Origin: Eutreptiella sp. 'Long Island Sound 2002'
Lineage: Eukaryota > Protista > Euglenida
Assembly: GCA_964036045.1 (NCBI GenBank)
Contig: OZ038378.1
Span: 183,768,001-183,832,000, forward strand
DNA: 64,000 bases
Direction: 5' to 3'
Shown here: positions 1 through 14,056 of the stretch, piece by piece
How positions within the stretch are numbered: position 1 is the first letter of the stretch
How the letters are laid out: each line of letters begins with the position of its first letter
Made by a program: the position numbers and the translations under genes
The notes under the pieces: model-generated
The model's database searches: none
Told to the model about the DNA's origin: nothing
Seen by the model: only the letters and a program-made list of their open reading frames with translations

Positions 1-303
1 GGTACCAGGGCACGCATTACCATGATAACTGCGCCCCCGAAACGGTACATATTCCATCTGACATCCGCTGTGCATTTCATAATGCTCATATGTTTCCTGG
101 TGCAAAGCCTGGTGCAAAATCAGAGCTCCAAGGGGGAGTTCGTAATGGCCAATGTGATTGGCGCAGTCCCGCTTGGAGACTTCTTTCACACCATGAGTGA
201 CAGCCGTGGCATTATCAGGTTGGATCTAATGCCCTTATGGAAAGACCGTATAGGGAGGTGCACACCAGCAAGAGAGCAGTGACAGCAGCAAGGCATGGCA
301 AAC

Positions 304-3300
304 CTGTGACTCGCTGATGAGGACATACAAGTGGGCGGGCATACACCAATTGGTGGTGTCCCTGCCAATCTGCAAGGAAATCGGTGTGCTCAATGAAGCC
401 ACTGATGGGGCTGTTCATACTATATTCTGCAATATTGCAAAGCGGCTCCATATTTGGTGAACGCTCCCTCGGTTCACCTCCACAGCTGTGCGCGGAAAAC
501 AGGCGAACGGGCGCAGGCAAGGACAACTGCGAAACGGCACACCAGCACAGCAAAGGTCTTATTGAAAGCACCAGCAACACCATCCATGACGCTGAACTGA
601 CTCTTAATCGATGTCTTTCGGCCAATAGGACTGCATACTCCCCTACGCCGCTGTGGGACAGCCCCCGAAGCAAGCACTTCAGTGTTCTCAAACCGCGAGA
701 TGCAAAAGCATCGCCTGAGCGACCCAGCCTTTGCCTGCACCAGGCCCTGCACTGGCGTACCAAAGGCATGCATGGGGACACAGCGGTGCCATATGGGCAA
801 GGTAATCCACATGAGTGCACAGATTATCACACAGAGGCACAGAGGGGCACTACAGGGGTGCGCAGGGATACAAGGGGTACACAGTGGGGCACAAAGACAG
901 CACAGCAATACAGAGTGGTATACAACAAAAGGGCACCAAGATATTGAAATATTTCGGGGATGAACACAACCTGAGGATCATCTGTTCCACCACCAGATCC
1001 ACTCCCCAGACCAGCTGGTTGATGAGGTGCACAGGACCTCCTCCCATGCGGCAATTCACTTCGATGATCCGCGGCCCATGTGTAGTGTATTTTCCTTCGA
1101 CATGAAATACTCCCATTGTCAGACCAAGGGCCTGTTTGCAGAAGCAAGTGCAAGCACCAACGGTTCGGGCTGGGGTACACTGGGGTATGCTCCAGGCTGT
1201 GGGCATGTAACCCCCAACTTGCAAAGACAACAACACATCAACTGACCCAAATCTCATTTGGCTTGAAAGCTGGCAACGGGTCTTCTTCCTGGAGGACATG
1301 TGTGCTGGGCTGAGTAAAATTAAGGGCGGGCCGTGTGGCCTCGGCGATTATTTTTGTTTTTGGGGTTCAGGCCATGGCAAGAACCCTGCTCACTAGAATG
1401 CACTCGAGAAATCTCTCGGAATCAAGGATCATAGCTGTCCGATGCTATGATTGTCCCACAACGTGATGTGGTAGCGGACATGACACGTAGTGAGGATAAC
1501 CTGCTTCTGATACCAGGAAATGCAGTGGGAACTGCCACGCCTGTAGGCATCCAAGTGTGCTACTGGAGCACAAGAAAGACTGAAGGCTGAGTTGAAACAG
1601 CGGTGTGCCTTCCTTGTGGCCTTGGCGGGTATTTACTGTGGAGCCCTGGAAATACCTTTATGTAGAGAAAGATTGACGCTACGGGTTGACAACCTCCAAT
1701 TGTCTGTTGTTTCATGCACGAGGATACAAATGCTCTGTGGGACTGGGCTCAGCTAATGGCTGACAGGTGCACCTGTAAACCCCACCTCAAATCAGAGGAT
1801 AGAAGACTTTTCTCTTATTAAAAACGCCAACCCATCCCCCTGTTCAATCTGCCCCCAGCAGTGTCTCTGTAGTACACAAATATCAACGTCCGATATCACC
1901 ACCACCTGACCTCGGGCAACAGTGGCACAGCAGGATCTCTTGCCCATAACCCCCCATCAGATCTCGGACTAGGGGGAGCATCTGCACAGCACTGCACTCC
2001 GTGGGGCAAAATTAAGAAACTGTCGAAATGGGGTTGTTACTTCTGGTCCCTCCATGGAGTCGCCAATCCCCCCCTCCCCAACTTAAGAGACCCCTGGAAT
2101 TCATGAAATGTCCCGTAGGATGTCAAATGAAATGCCACCAAACGAGTCATTCCTCGTCAATCTAGTGTGCTGTTTGATGATCTCCTCATGCACAGTGGCC
2201 GCCTTGGTCCTGCAATGGTGGACTCCAACAGTGGGGCCGTAAACCCACAGCCCATGCAATACACCTCTCCCTTCTCAATACGTCCCCCCAGAGTGTAATG
2301 AGTGTCAGGGGGTATTTGACTCCCCCTGAAAGCACAACGAGGGATGGCACACAGTGGACATAGAGAGGCACTGGACTATCAACAATCTGCAGAACCATTT
2401 CGGCTGCATTTGCAGCGGCTGCAGGCTGCATTTGCAGCCTGCGGTTTTGGCAGGACAGGGTAGAACACCAAGAATCTGGACCCTACTCTGAGGGTAGAGC
2501 TTTCAGCCTCAATGAGGAGGGGCCCAAGGAGGCCACCCTGCTAAAGGCGCGGCAGCAGTCGAAAAAGGGACACCCATGCCCTGCAATGCAGGATCTCCAC
2601 AAAGATCTACAGCCCCAGTGCGTAGACTGTTCAAAGGGACGAAAGGCGGTTTGCTGTGCTCATAAACGTGCACCACCCTGCACTGCACGTCGCACATCAT
2701 GCTCCTGAGAGCACGGGAAGTGTGAAGCACACAAATCGAGGTTCTAATCTCTATTCACTCCTTGGAAAGACTCGAATCTTCAACGCAGTATCGTGTTTAT
2801 GAACTTCACGCTAATCGTTTTTAATGCACTGTGAGTCAGTATGCTGATCAGCGACACCCACAAGCACGTGCAGGCACAAGGAAAAAAAATACCTGAAGTT
2901 TTTTTTTTTTCATTGCAATTCTTTTCCAAGAGAGGTGGTGGAAATACAACGTTACTATCTTTTATGAATAATTTGTTCCTACGTTAAAATGGGTAAAATA
3001 CGTATTTTTCATGTTTATTTTGCGGTCTAACTGCAGTTTCAGTAGGGAACGTGCAGTTGCGCGGCCGTCTTTTCATTTTCGGCAGCCTGAAAATGTGAAG
3101 CAATGCTGCCTTGCACTGAACCGTGGTCTTTTGGGTTGGGATTCAGTTTGGGCTTGGCCACAGGTGGCGCATTGTGTGTTTGGTGGACCTCTGTCGCCCG
3201 GGGAGCCAAAATGACAGAGCCAATTCAAGTGTTTGTACCCGATGGGAGAAATACATTTTCCTTGCCCATTCCACTCTTCAATCCATGCGTCTAAAATAAT

Positions 3301-6300
3301 AGAGCAGGGCAGATCACATTCCGCCGCCACCACTCGAGCCTGTCGGAATACTGGCAACCTCTCTTCAGCAGCAATTTGATAAGAGAACTTGAGATCTTGG
3401 GCATTTCTGACAGATCGACCAGTTGATACACCCTGCATCACACCTTTGTGCATTTTGTGAAGGCAATTTTCGAACCTGGTGGTTGACGTTGTGTGGTTGC
3501 ATGGCGTATGCTTCGGTGCACCTCCATCATGTGTCGTGTTGTTTGTCCTTCGGGGGCAAATTGCATGCCGCGCTCGAGCTCTGCGCAGTCTGTGGGTGCG
3601 CACCCAAAGGAAGCCTTTTGAGAACTTGTCACAGGCGCATTGCAGGACCATGCCACCGCCTGCACCTCCCTGATGGCCCACCTCGTGAGCACGCCTCTGC
3701 AATGCACTGGGGATGGCTTCCGCCAACAAATCTTTTTGGTTCACCCTCTTTCTGAGAGAACCAATGCATGGATCCAGGGGCACGGCAAAAAATACTGGGC
3801 AGCAGCAGAGGTCAAGACAGGGGGCCGTGCTCGACACCCTGAGCCCGACGCACTTCACCTCGGGGGTACTGTGCAAAAACGGGGTATGAAAATGCTTCCA
3901 CAAATCTTCGCAACACACATATCCTTCAATATGACCATCATGAATCGGAAGCACCATACTACTGTGACGAAAGGGGGAAAGACAGAAAGAGGGGCGGCGT
4001 ATACGCTGCAGACAAGGTGACAGGGGGCAGTCCTCTCATCCTGAAGGGAGCACGTGCCGCTCGCCTTGGGGGATCAGGAGATGGAGACCTTGACGGAAGC
4101 AACTGCAAGATCACGAAGTTCGTCCTGCTGGTACTGAGGCAGAATGGATGGGCAGTTGGATCCGGTTTCATTGAAGTACGGCTCGATGGTCGGCCAGTTG
4201 TCCGCCATAGCCTACAGTGCAACGCAGCATGTGTTGTCTGAGCTTATGCCATGCAATATACCATCAGACGACAAGACCCATTGGAATAAACAGGAAATCA
4301 AACCAACACCCGCCTCTAATGCAACCATTGGGGCCGGTCGAGGACTCCTGCATGGACCAGCCCGCCTGTGGGCACCTGAATTATATCATTGATTGTGAAA
4401 ATCATACAACCACCCGTTCCTTCCGTTTGTGGAGTTCGGTATTTTGAGATTGTTTTGCTAAATGCCCCCACTTTCTCAAACCGGCCTCAAGAAAATGATG
4501 TTCCGTCCTTAATGCGGTCGCTCGTAGGTCAGAATCGTGTGCAACAGTCAGCTGAGCCCCAAGCCCCAGCCCCAGCCCCAGCCCTGTGAAACAAGCCAGT
4601 GCCCCTTCGCCAAGCCGCTTCAGGGCTGGAGGTTGACAGCAGGGTGCAGAATGCAAGCACTGCCAGGATTCACTGACAGACGGACACCTGGTCATATCAC
4701 TCCATGAAAGATTGCAAAGGCCCACCCCAGCGAACATATCCAGCACCAAGTTTCAACTCTCAAATAGGAGCTCAAGGTTGTTTGCTGGACCACGCTACAG
4801 GCGTCCAACTGGCGTGCCACCAAACGGGGGACATGCTACCAGGAGCACTGTTGATCTCGGTGGAGCCGATGGATTGCAGTGGGAACGCTTCCACAGCTTG
4901 GCTCTGCTTTTTCGCATTGATTTGTCAGTTTGAGTTAGTGCTTGTTTCGTGGTGTTTTTACGCAGCACAAATAGGCGAATAATCGCATTGGGGCAAGTTC
5001 CCAGAAGGCAATCGAATGTCGACCGCACTCGTGTGCACATGCATCATCGTATTTCGAACCAAGAACGTACCTCATAGACAGACTCGCCATCAGCCATAAT
5101 AATGTCGACATCAACCTGCAAGGCGAAGATACGCTGATTGACAAGCATGGAAACATCGTGTGTATGGCCCATCGCAAAATCCTAAACACCCAACATTATC
5201 CTTGCAGAACGGGACGCGGAACCGTTCAGCAACATTTAAGCCACGATAGAGCTAACCGAACAAGCCTGTCCATCGCCCGATCGTGTTTTTGAACACCACA
5301 GGTTTGGCGCCCTCTGTCCCTGGAGTTTTTTGTGCGATGCCACGTTACGGAAACCTTATTTTTGCACAAAGCCCACGGATACTTTGGATACACCCCAGTG
5401 CGCCAGGGGTTGTTTGAAGCCCCCACAAGAGGGGGTAAAAGGGGAGGCACACCTCGGGACCATCCAAATACTGTTCCATCATGATACTCAGATCGATCCA
5501 TGCGGCTGCATCACATCCCTCGTCGTCCCCAATAATGCCCTCCTGCAATGCACCGTTAATCACCCGCGCTGACAGCAGTTGTTGCCGCACCTTCATCACC
5601 TGTGTATGAAGCTGCTCCATGCTGTCCACACGTACCACTCCGATGGATGCAGCTCCGAAGATGGGTTTGATGACAGCTGGAAATCCTAAGTGGATGAAGC
5701 TGTTGTGACTTACATGCACAAACCAACGTGACACTGGGGTTGTGTGTAAGGGCTGAGTTAGGGCACAAGAATTGAACAAACACAACCGAAACCATTTACA
5801 CACACGATTAGACGTGGCAAACAGACATTGGTTGACAGTCAGTCTGAGTGCACAAAGCGCATTAGGTGAAACGTTAGACAAAACCCATGTCAGATGCCAC
5901 CAGGCGCCTTTCTGCATTGAGCGGAGGTGCAGATGAAGCCCATGAGCATAATGCTGCCCGTCCTTCTGGGATGCTTGCGTGCTTGCATGCATGTCCATTG
6001 AACACAGAATGAACTCCCACGCGGTAGGCAACGTGCAAAACACCCGGAAATTGAAACCGAGCCATCCACAGCAGGGAAAACAAATGTGGGACTTCAACAG
6101 CCAGGTGCATATAGCCCAGCCCAAGCATTGACAAATGTGCACATGCCAATGCACCGGAAGGATGTTCTTCCGCAAAGCCCGAAAAGGGCCGAACTAACTG
6201 GGCACAGGGTAAACATGGAAGATGGGGGGTGCCATAAAGGCATAAAGGGGGGGGGGGGTCTGGGACAAAGCCCTGAGATGTTGCTGCCCTCCCGGCAGTT

Positions 6301-9300
6301 GGCGGCGTCAATCGATTTCTCACTACTTACGAGGATCCACCAAGCCGCTTGTTGGCCCACCATCTCTGTCTCTCCATGGTGGCGGTTTGTGGCACCAATA
6401 CATTAAAAATCCACCCGACAATAATCTTCAGTGCGGAGTGCACACACTGTGCCATGGCAAAGGGCGTGTGTGTCATAAAAGTTGAAAGAGTATGCCGGTT
6501 GGAACTTCCGGTTGTACATACATGTTCGCCTTTTGAGGTGGGAACCTCTTCAATCCCCCCGCAGTGAACAGGGCAGGTTCAAAAAAACTGTGAGAGGTGG
6601 GCAGTCTGCCGGGCTACCCCTGACGGCTGGAGAACATTTATTATGCTAGATGAGAGTGTCCCCCTGCTCACAAGTGCTGCTTCTGCCGCTTGGCGTCCCC
6701 CCCATGCCGACGCCAACTCAAAGTCTTTCCCAAGACAAAGGAGTTTGGTGGGTGCTCACCACCACTGATGTGGGAAATGTAACACTGGGCCGGGGGTTTC
6801 CAGATCACCAAATGTTATCCATCAGTGGTGCGCAGCATGTTCAGACATTTGGCCTGAACATGGGGGGGCACCAGGTGCACAGGGGATTGGCATGCAGTGC
6901 AAGTGGGGGGTGGGGCTGGCATGTATGAGGTCCGCCTTGGTGGTTTTAAAACAAGAGCAACAAGCCCTTTGCTGCAGACAATACGGTTCGCAGGGATGAG
7001 AAATGCACAGACAGAGAGACCAACATGCTCGCCGGCCAGGGGGATATGCTCCTCTTCCTTGATCAAATAATGCTTCGGTGTTGGTAAACCAGCAGTCTCC
7101 CACGCATCACGAGACTGATACTTGTCGCGCGCGGCATTGACAGACTGCAAACTGTTGCCAGGCACTTGGAAATGGTCGCAAAGCTTTGCTACTAACTGTT
7201 GTGCCAACTCGGCAAAAGAAACAATTCCATCAAGCTGTCCGAAATTCTCCTGCAAAGAAAGAGCGGGGCAGGGCCTGCAGAACAGCATGCGATCGACAAC
7301 ACCGTCCATCCCCCTCGTCCCCCCACTGGCCATGAGGCCCCACCAGACAGGGGCTCTACATGGCCACTTTTTTTGATGCAGTTTCAGCGCATTTTTACAC
7401 AGGCTTCTGAGAATGATCAGTTCGACAAACGTATGGTACGATCCATGACCTTACTATCCTCCATCTTGCAATCTGATACCCCCCTGATCTGAGAATTCAT
7501 CTGTCTCATCGCACACAACTTGGGGGATAGGGTTTATTTGCAAATTCCTGGCCGGGACATACTGTATGGCTAGACCAATGTTACTCCCATACGTGCCCAT
7601 TAGGATCGGGTACCCTTGATCAACATCACTGTACAAGGGGCTCGGGAAAATTCAGTGGGCAGTCAGGCTAGGCCAAAAGGAGTGATAGTTGGCTCATCAA
7701 TGGCGGCCCGCCGGACAGTAATTTGAACACTGCACAACTGAACTGTTCGGCGAAACTGTCATGGGGGAGACGGGGGGTTGCCAGGGGTTTCAAACATCCA
7801 AGCGCACCGCAGGGCAAGCAGTGTCGGACATGGCATTGCTACAACCGTCATGCTCGGGGGCCTGTCGTGCCGTTGCATACGAGACATCGTTCATAAACGC
7901 AGACGCAACGCGCATCTGCACCTTAACTCCTTGAATCGCTTCTACACATGGCAGATAGCTCAGATCCATGTCGGTAATTTCCATGGGGATGAACTTCTCG
8001 ATGACCCCTGAAAACGCACAGAAAACGATGCCTTGCATTTCGTGAGCATGTCGGTTGGGCCCGACCAACAGGTCACCGTGGCCCTGCCAGAGACAGCGGA
8101 AAAATGCAGGCCCTGCATTTCAGTCCCTGCCAGAGACAGCGGAAAAATGCAGGCCCTGCATTTCAGTGTGCCCGATTTTTGGTTCACCATGGTCCCTTAT
8201 GAGCATCACCAGCAGTGATATACACGTTCCCCAGAACTCCCAGCTCAGGCAACGCCCCTCTTGCTCAGGGATGGCCAGCATTTTCCTCAGGGCATTCCGT
8301 TGTCGAGCACAAGCGCAGCCTTCTGTGGTGCGCGTACTTTTTTCTGTGGGCAGCATTTTACGCAATAATATTCATTAGTGGTCGTTGTCGTCGTTGTCAT
8401 TGGGGGAATGTTTGCCCGGCGCTCGCCCGGCGTGCTACTTTTCTATTAACTATCCCGACTTCAGCCCCAGATTTACCCTCTCATGGAGAAGCCCCCCAAG
8501 TAGACCATGTTGGACTGCACACCTTCCCTACAAAGCACGTTGCATAATAAAGCAATAGCTGTGAATTCAACAACTCCAAATGTCATTTGTATTGTACTTA
8601 ACAAACAACATTGGTCCCACAAGTGTGGGTGTCAATACATTTAGTACAATACTGCTCCTTACACTCATCACAAACTGCGACGGTGGAGCGCTTCTAGCAA
8701 CACAACACACACACTTCTGCCTCATCCTCTGCCTCATCTTGCGTGGCGGCCGAGTTGCTTTGGTCAGTCCAAACATGAGGCGGGGCATGCTCCCATGGGC
8801 CGCGGGGGGGGGGGGGGGATGGACTTGCCTCCGGATGCAAAATTGTGTAAAATGCAACAAAATACAGACTGGTGCAACTCATTGGGGCCGCCACGCCATA
8901 CATTCCTAACCAAACCCCAATGCCACAACCGAGCAAACAGCTGCTCAATGCGTGCCCTATACCACCCGTGCAAGTCATTGTAACATTGTTGGCGGGCTGT
9001 CAAAGTGCCATTCTTTCTTCCAATGAATGGCACAATGACATGAATCCGGCCTTTATAAGCACCATCATGGCCCCCAACTTCAAAATCAAAGAAATCACCT
9101 CGGGTACAAGAAGGTCCACACCCATCTCAAATCAAAACATCTGCTGATGTCCCGGGGGCCAAGGGGCAAATCCATATAATGTTACCCAACATATCAACGG
9201 CAACAATCACCTTGTAAACATCACCTTGTAAACATGCTACGCATACTTAGGATTCTACAGGCCAGCACTCCATATCCCGCCAACAGAACTGATGGGCATG

Positions 9301-12300
9301 GAGTCTGTGAACAGCTATTGAACAACATGGTACGTTAACGTTAAGGTATACACGAACACGGGCAACACTCTGCTGCCAAGCAACCTCCGAATACCCTTCG
9401 GTGCGAGACATGAAAGCACCGCTCTCTGTCGGTGGGGTGTGTTTCATCCAAAAAACAATCGAAACAACGAATAGCACCGGAAGGTTGGGGCCCAAAAGAG
9501 GGCGGAAATGCTACGTCACCCTTGCATTCTCGGGGGTCCCCAACAAAGGGGACAAAATCAGAAGTCAAAACCTACGCTAGGGGTTACAATGATGCCCCTA
9601 GTATCTCAAAGTATGGGTCTCTAGTACAGCTAGACGCCCAAATAGCTGCAGTGCGCTAACTGCGCCCCCTTGGTGCACCCCGTAAAAGGCCACCGGTGGG
9701 GCACGCGTCAAAAAAGATACCCGGCACGCGCCCGGCGCGCTAACGCTCCCCCATGGTTGGTTGTCGTTGTGTGAAGGCACAGGCCTGGCGGCGGCACGCA
9801 CGTGCCCCGTCTTGAAAATTTTTTGGTCTGCAGGGGAGAATTCCTCTCCTTCTTTGCATGAATGGATGCGGATTTTCGAGGTGCATTCAGTGGTGTGCAG
9901 CACGATGGGAGATCTGCACGATTTCGGGTGCCCGACGGGTGCTGCTGACGCCAACCACATGTAACCACCACCAGTTTGACGTCTTTGTAAAGGCATCGAC
10001 CTGGTGGTGGCACGCGGGTGCCCCGTCCTGAAAAATTTTCTTCTGCAGGGGAAAAATCCTTTTCTTTTCTTTGCACGAATGGATGCGGATATGCCCGATT
10101 TTTGGTGCCAGCCCCAGTCGTTGGCGCCAGCGACATGTAAAGAGCACCATAACTAGTGTTGCGTGCAATTCTCCATGCTACCCTGTGTGGCGTTGTCTTT
10201 ATGTTAATGTTTGAGTACCCGGATGCTTAGCCTGATATAAAAGTTGACCGTAGCCATGAGTGAAAGCCAAAGCCATGCGTGCCGGCTGGAGTCGTGGCCA
10301 AGGTGGAAGCCGTGGCCATGAGTGAAAGCAGGGTTGTTGTTGTGTAATCGTAATTGTTTGTTGGTGGTGGTGGTGGTGGTGGTGGTGGTGGTGGTGGTGG
10401 TGTTTGTTGTTGGTGGTGGTGCTGGGGGTGTTGGTGTTTGTTGTTGTTGGTGGTGGTGCTGGTGTTGAATGTTGTGTTAGATGTTGTTGTTTTTGTTGTT
10501 GTTGTTGTTGTGCTATTGTTGTTGTTAGTGTTTTTGCAAATCTTGGTGGTGGTGGAAGCTCAAGCTGTAACCATACATGAAAGCTAGAGCTATTAGCATG
10601 AGGAAAAGTGTAAAGCGGTGGCGATGTGTTCTTGTTTGTTGTTGCCGCCATGGTTCTTGTTTTTGTTGTTGTTGTTGTTATTGTTGTTGTTGTTGTGGTC
10701 ATCGTTGTTGTCGTTGTTGTGATTGGTGTTGCAGCTATTGGTGTTGTTGTTGCATTGTTGTTGGATGTTGCTGTTGGCTGTTGATGGTGGTGTTGTTCGT
10801 ACAAACCTGTTGCAGCAACCATGAGTAAAAGCCTTGCCATTGTCTACCCGCGCAACTGCGCGGGTCCAGGCCCGGAATTCAATATTTTGGTGGTTTGTAG
10901 GGCAGTAGTGTGATGAAAAAATGTCGCTCGTGCATATGCTTCTGAAACTGATGTGGCGGTGGGTGGGTGGGAGATCTAAGAACGTGCAACCTGAGATCCC
11001 TTTGCGGCTGCTTGTGTGCTTTTTTTGTGAAGAATGCATCTTATCACAGCAAATACCCCCTCCCCCCCCATTAAGTGGTGGACTTCCTGTGCCTGGCCCA
11101 CCACACCGGCACATGCACCCGGCAGATCACAATAGGCCAGTGGGCACAGAAGAGTTTCATACACCCAGCAGCTGCGCTACGAGGGCCACAATCCGTTTTC
11201 AACTGGGCTATGACAATTGTATTCTGTATTGAAAAGTTGTGGTTTGTGTCATACACATATTGTGGCACAAATGGTCCTACCCGGGTTCGAACCGGGGTTA
11301 CGGGATTCAAAGTCCCGGGTGCTAACCACTACACTATAGAACCGTGTTGTTGGCCAGCGCATTGGGGAGACCTGTTGTCAAGGACTGTATGAAACAAACA
11401 AACAAACATCAATAGAACACCACGGTTGTCTTGTCTAGGCCGCGTGTCTAGACCGGTTGGGGTCACAAACTGCGTTTAAATATCCCCCGTGGGGGTGTTG
11501 TAGATCTCGGTTCGGCAAGGAAATTACAACTTCGGAGAGCCCCTTGAGCTCGGAAACGCAACCGACATCCCAAGGATGAACCATCCGAAAGGTTTGTGCT
11601 ACGGGTGTCAAACGAAACAACATGCACGTCCCTTTTCTCGCGATTCCATTTGAATGCATGCCTGAGGGCAACAAACACCTAGAAACCTAGGCTCGTGCGA
11701 CCGGCTTCACTAGTCGTGGATATTCGTGCCCTTTTATCGAGAGCGATTTCCCCCTCTGCGTGTAGCGTGTCGTGATAACGAATTTGGCTGGCAACATTTC
11801 TGCCCTGAAGAAGTAGGCTCGTACCTTCTTCCAACAATTGTTGACTCCATGATTCTTGAGAATCGATGATAACCACCCGCAAATTCATCTTCCGCGCGAT
11901 CTCGAATATGAAACGCTTGCCTTCATATCCTAAAGGCGAACAATGCCTTTAAAACGTGCACAAGGGATCGCATATGATGGTTACCATGTTGAGTGCACTG
12001 TTCATGATGCCTCTATGATGCCACGTGCTCCTCAAAAGATGGGGCTAAAGCTGCGTCTCGAGAGTCCTGGGAACCCAAACAAATTTGTACGCAACAAAAC
12101 GGAAGCTCAAACAATCGCGCATCGTGCCAAAGAAACGAGCGCCCGCATAATAAGGATATCCCCGTGTGCCCGTGAAAAATCCTTCGCGACCCCATTAGGG
12201 AGGCTCCACCAAAGCTTAGGAATCACCCTCGCATCGTGTTGAAGCCGTGGACACGGGGGTCCACAAGAAAAGGCTATCCACTCTGCACACAAAATGAACC

Positions 12301-13270
12301 TCCATAGATTCAACTTGAAGTGTGAAATCTCTTCGTTGACTGATCAACAAGTACCTTTGCTTTGCGCATCCCCTTTCATTACGTCCATTTTCATCAAGTC
12401 ACCCTTCGTTGTGCGAGGAGACCCAATCGATGAACCGTACTCGGCACAATGGGGCACCATGTCAAGCGGGTTATGCTCACGTAGTGTCAAGAGGGCTCGA
12501 ACCATGCAAGCCCATCGGTCCATCTAGGCAACTAATCTTTCGCAAGGGTGCCGGGGATGAAGGAAGTTGTTACACCCACCAAACGTAGGATGCAATCACA
12601 CGGACCTAGTTCGTAGCCACACCCAACGGTACACCTTGCCGATGGCATATTCGTGAAGTGCACACCTGCTGTCAAGAAGACAACCACGCGCCCCGCAACG
12701 GTTGCTTGCCTTCGAAGATCTACTTGAGTTGTGGGGTTGAGTTCCGAGACGATTAGTGCGGTTGCCTCGGCCACGCTAGCTCGTTTAGATCCCACCAATT
12801 CGCCCGACACGGTACTACACAACGAGGCCCGACTGGCGGAGTGCTTTGATGAAAGCTCGTCGCGAATGAAGCTCGCTAGATCTTCACCAAGATAGTTTGG
12901 GCTGCAAGCAACGTTCGACACCACGAGGCTAGCAATTTCGGCCGTCGAGCCGTGTCTGGAGAACTGCCTCTCCTTTCTCTCCACCGTGCACCAAGAAGAG
13001 TCTTGAGAACCGAGGGAAAATGCTGAGACAAAACAAAGGAACAACTTTGTCGTCTTGCAAGTTATTGTCCACAACCAACGGGACGACGGAGGTTAGCATA
13101 CCACAAATGTTGCTAAACGAATGACTCAATGATCCAAACGCATTTCCCCAAGACCCAGGTGTTAACGTCCCCGGAGATTTGGAATGGGCCATGGGCCGCT
13201 GGTGACCTTTCTGCATGGGTATCGGTTCCGTACACAAGGTCGTGTGGATTGTCGGAATTGGAGAAGTCAT
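304..13270 (-). CDS. ATP-grasp ligase, carnosine synthase-like; 3'-incomplete. Exons (minus strand): 13270-13102, 13022-12666, 11929-11825, 8007-7922, 7249-7021, 5685-5453, 5115-5071, 4211-4089, 1131-971, 485-304; further exon(s) left of the window
   Basis: Ten exons joined at GT-AG sites with matching phases (1,1,1,0,1,0,0,0,2,1) give ~563 aa with ATP-grasp motifs in order: VVVFLTAG|YEGKRFIFE, ARDKYQSR, GFPAVIKPIFGAASIGVVRV, MEQYLDGPE|VDVD, DNWPTIEPYFNETGSNCPS, GVFHVEGKYTTHGPRIIEVNCRMGGG. The ATG at 13270 and the first two Ser-rich exons are less certain. Confidence 0.88.
8082..8167 (+). repeat. Tandem duplication, 43-bp unit x2
   Basis: ccctgccagagacagcggaaaaatgcaggccctgcatttcagt occurs twice head to tail. 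Confidence 0.9.
8586..9235 (-). mobile_element. Decayed PIF/Harbinger (IS5-like, DDE_Tnp_4-type) transposase, 3' half, with C-terminal Cys-rich finger (copy 1)
   Basis: Minus-strand translation through stops/frameshifts: YKVIVAVDMLGNIIWICPLAPGTSADVLI*...HDGAYKGRIHVIVPFIGRK...YNDLHGWYRARIEQLFARLWHW...EVCVLCC*KRSTVAVCDECKEQYCTKCIDTHTC. Confidence 0.75.
9780..10140 (+). repeat. Imperfect direct repeat (~100-bp core x2), probably transposon subterminal sequence
   Basis: ggcacgc..gtgccccgtc.tgaaaa..ttt....ctgcagggga.aa..c...tc.tt.ctttgca.gaatggatgcggat at ~9790-9875 and ~10010-10090. Confidence 0.7.
10330..10830 (+). repeat. Degenerate (GTT/GGT)n trinucleotide microsatellite
   Basis: Long runs of ggt/gtt triplets; source of the poly-Thr/His/Asn spurious ORFs. 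Confidence 0.95.
11272..11343 (-). tRNA. trnQ-UUG: tRNA-Gln (anticodon TTG), inside intron 3 of the ATP-grasp gene, same strand
   Basis: Reverse complement GGTTCTATAGTGTAGTGGTTAGCACCCGGGACTTTGAATCCCGTAACCCCGGTTCGAACCCGGGTAGGACCA folds as a full cloverleaf: 7-bp acceptor stem, anticodon loop CT-TTG-AA, T-loop GTTCGAA, 72 nt. Confidence 0.95.
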
Positions 13271-14056
13271 TGCTGAATCTTCCCTAGAACCAAGTGAGAA
13301 GGGTTTCACCTTGCCCGAGGAGTACTTGTCAACCAAAATATTTACCACTTAAGTTCATGCTACTTGCAAAAATACAAGCAATAGGATCGTAAACTATTCG
13401 CCTTCGAGGGGCTGCAGTTGTATCACTTCAAAGGCAGAAAATGGGGATGGTATGAAAAGACTTCCCCTAGGCATCCTCAAACTTGTCTGGTGCCAGTGCC
13501 GTTGGGTCTACAGTAGCCCCTGCAACCACCAGGCGTGAGTGTCAAATTTGTTTTCATTTCACACCCATAAGGCGTCTGACCAAAAAAAACGGCATCACGG
13601 CACAAGCACGTCCACTGTCTTGGATCCACTGTCTTTCAACTTCTTGATGCATCAGAACCGGGGGTCTGAGACCCCGACACTAGTGCAGGTGCGGCTTTGA
13701 CACACCGGTTGTGGAGGCCAGGCCCAACACCCAAACCTATGGCAGAATTTGCCCAGCCCCGCCAGCGGAGCCATTGGAGCTAATTTTTTTTGTTGCGGAG
13801 CTCATGTCCGGGGCACGAATAGTGTCTCAGTTTTTTTTTAATCTTGACGCTATTTTGGAGCTATTTCGGTTTTCCTGGCACTCATGCGGGATTTTGACCT
13901 TGGGCATGCAGAGGAGCGTTCCGCGCATTCCTATCGACTTCTTGTGGCACACGATGGCATCATGCCTTCCCAAACGTCAAATACAGAAGGCATTGCATCC
14001 TGACAGACGTTGATTGCATGTTTCTGGAGTACAAGTGCAATGTGTTGAAGAAGGCA

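Noticed and set aside
3073-3957. 294-aa ORF on the minus strand
   Set aside because: It lies inside an intron of the ATP-grasp gene, has no recognisable motif and is not needed for the spliced frame.
8400-9755. TIRs for Harbinger copy 1 (8400-8450 versus 9705-9755)
   Set aside because: Only ~65% inverted similarity in GC-rich sequence and no target-site duplication seen.
10199-11114. Poly-Thr/His/Asn ORFs
   Set aside because: Products of the (GTT/GGT)n tract in an intron.
13400-14050. RAG2-like kelch gene convergent with the Transib-like transposase
   Set aside because: Only ~650 bp are available and no kelch-like frame is visible.
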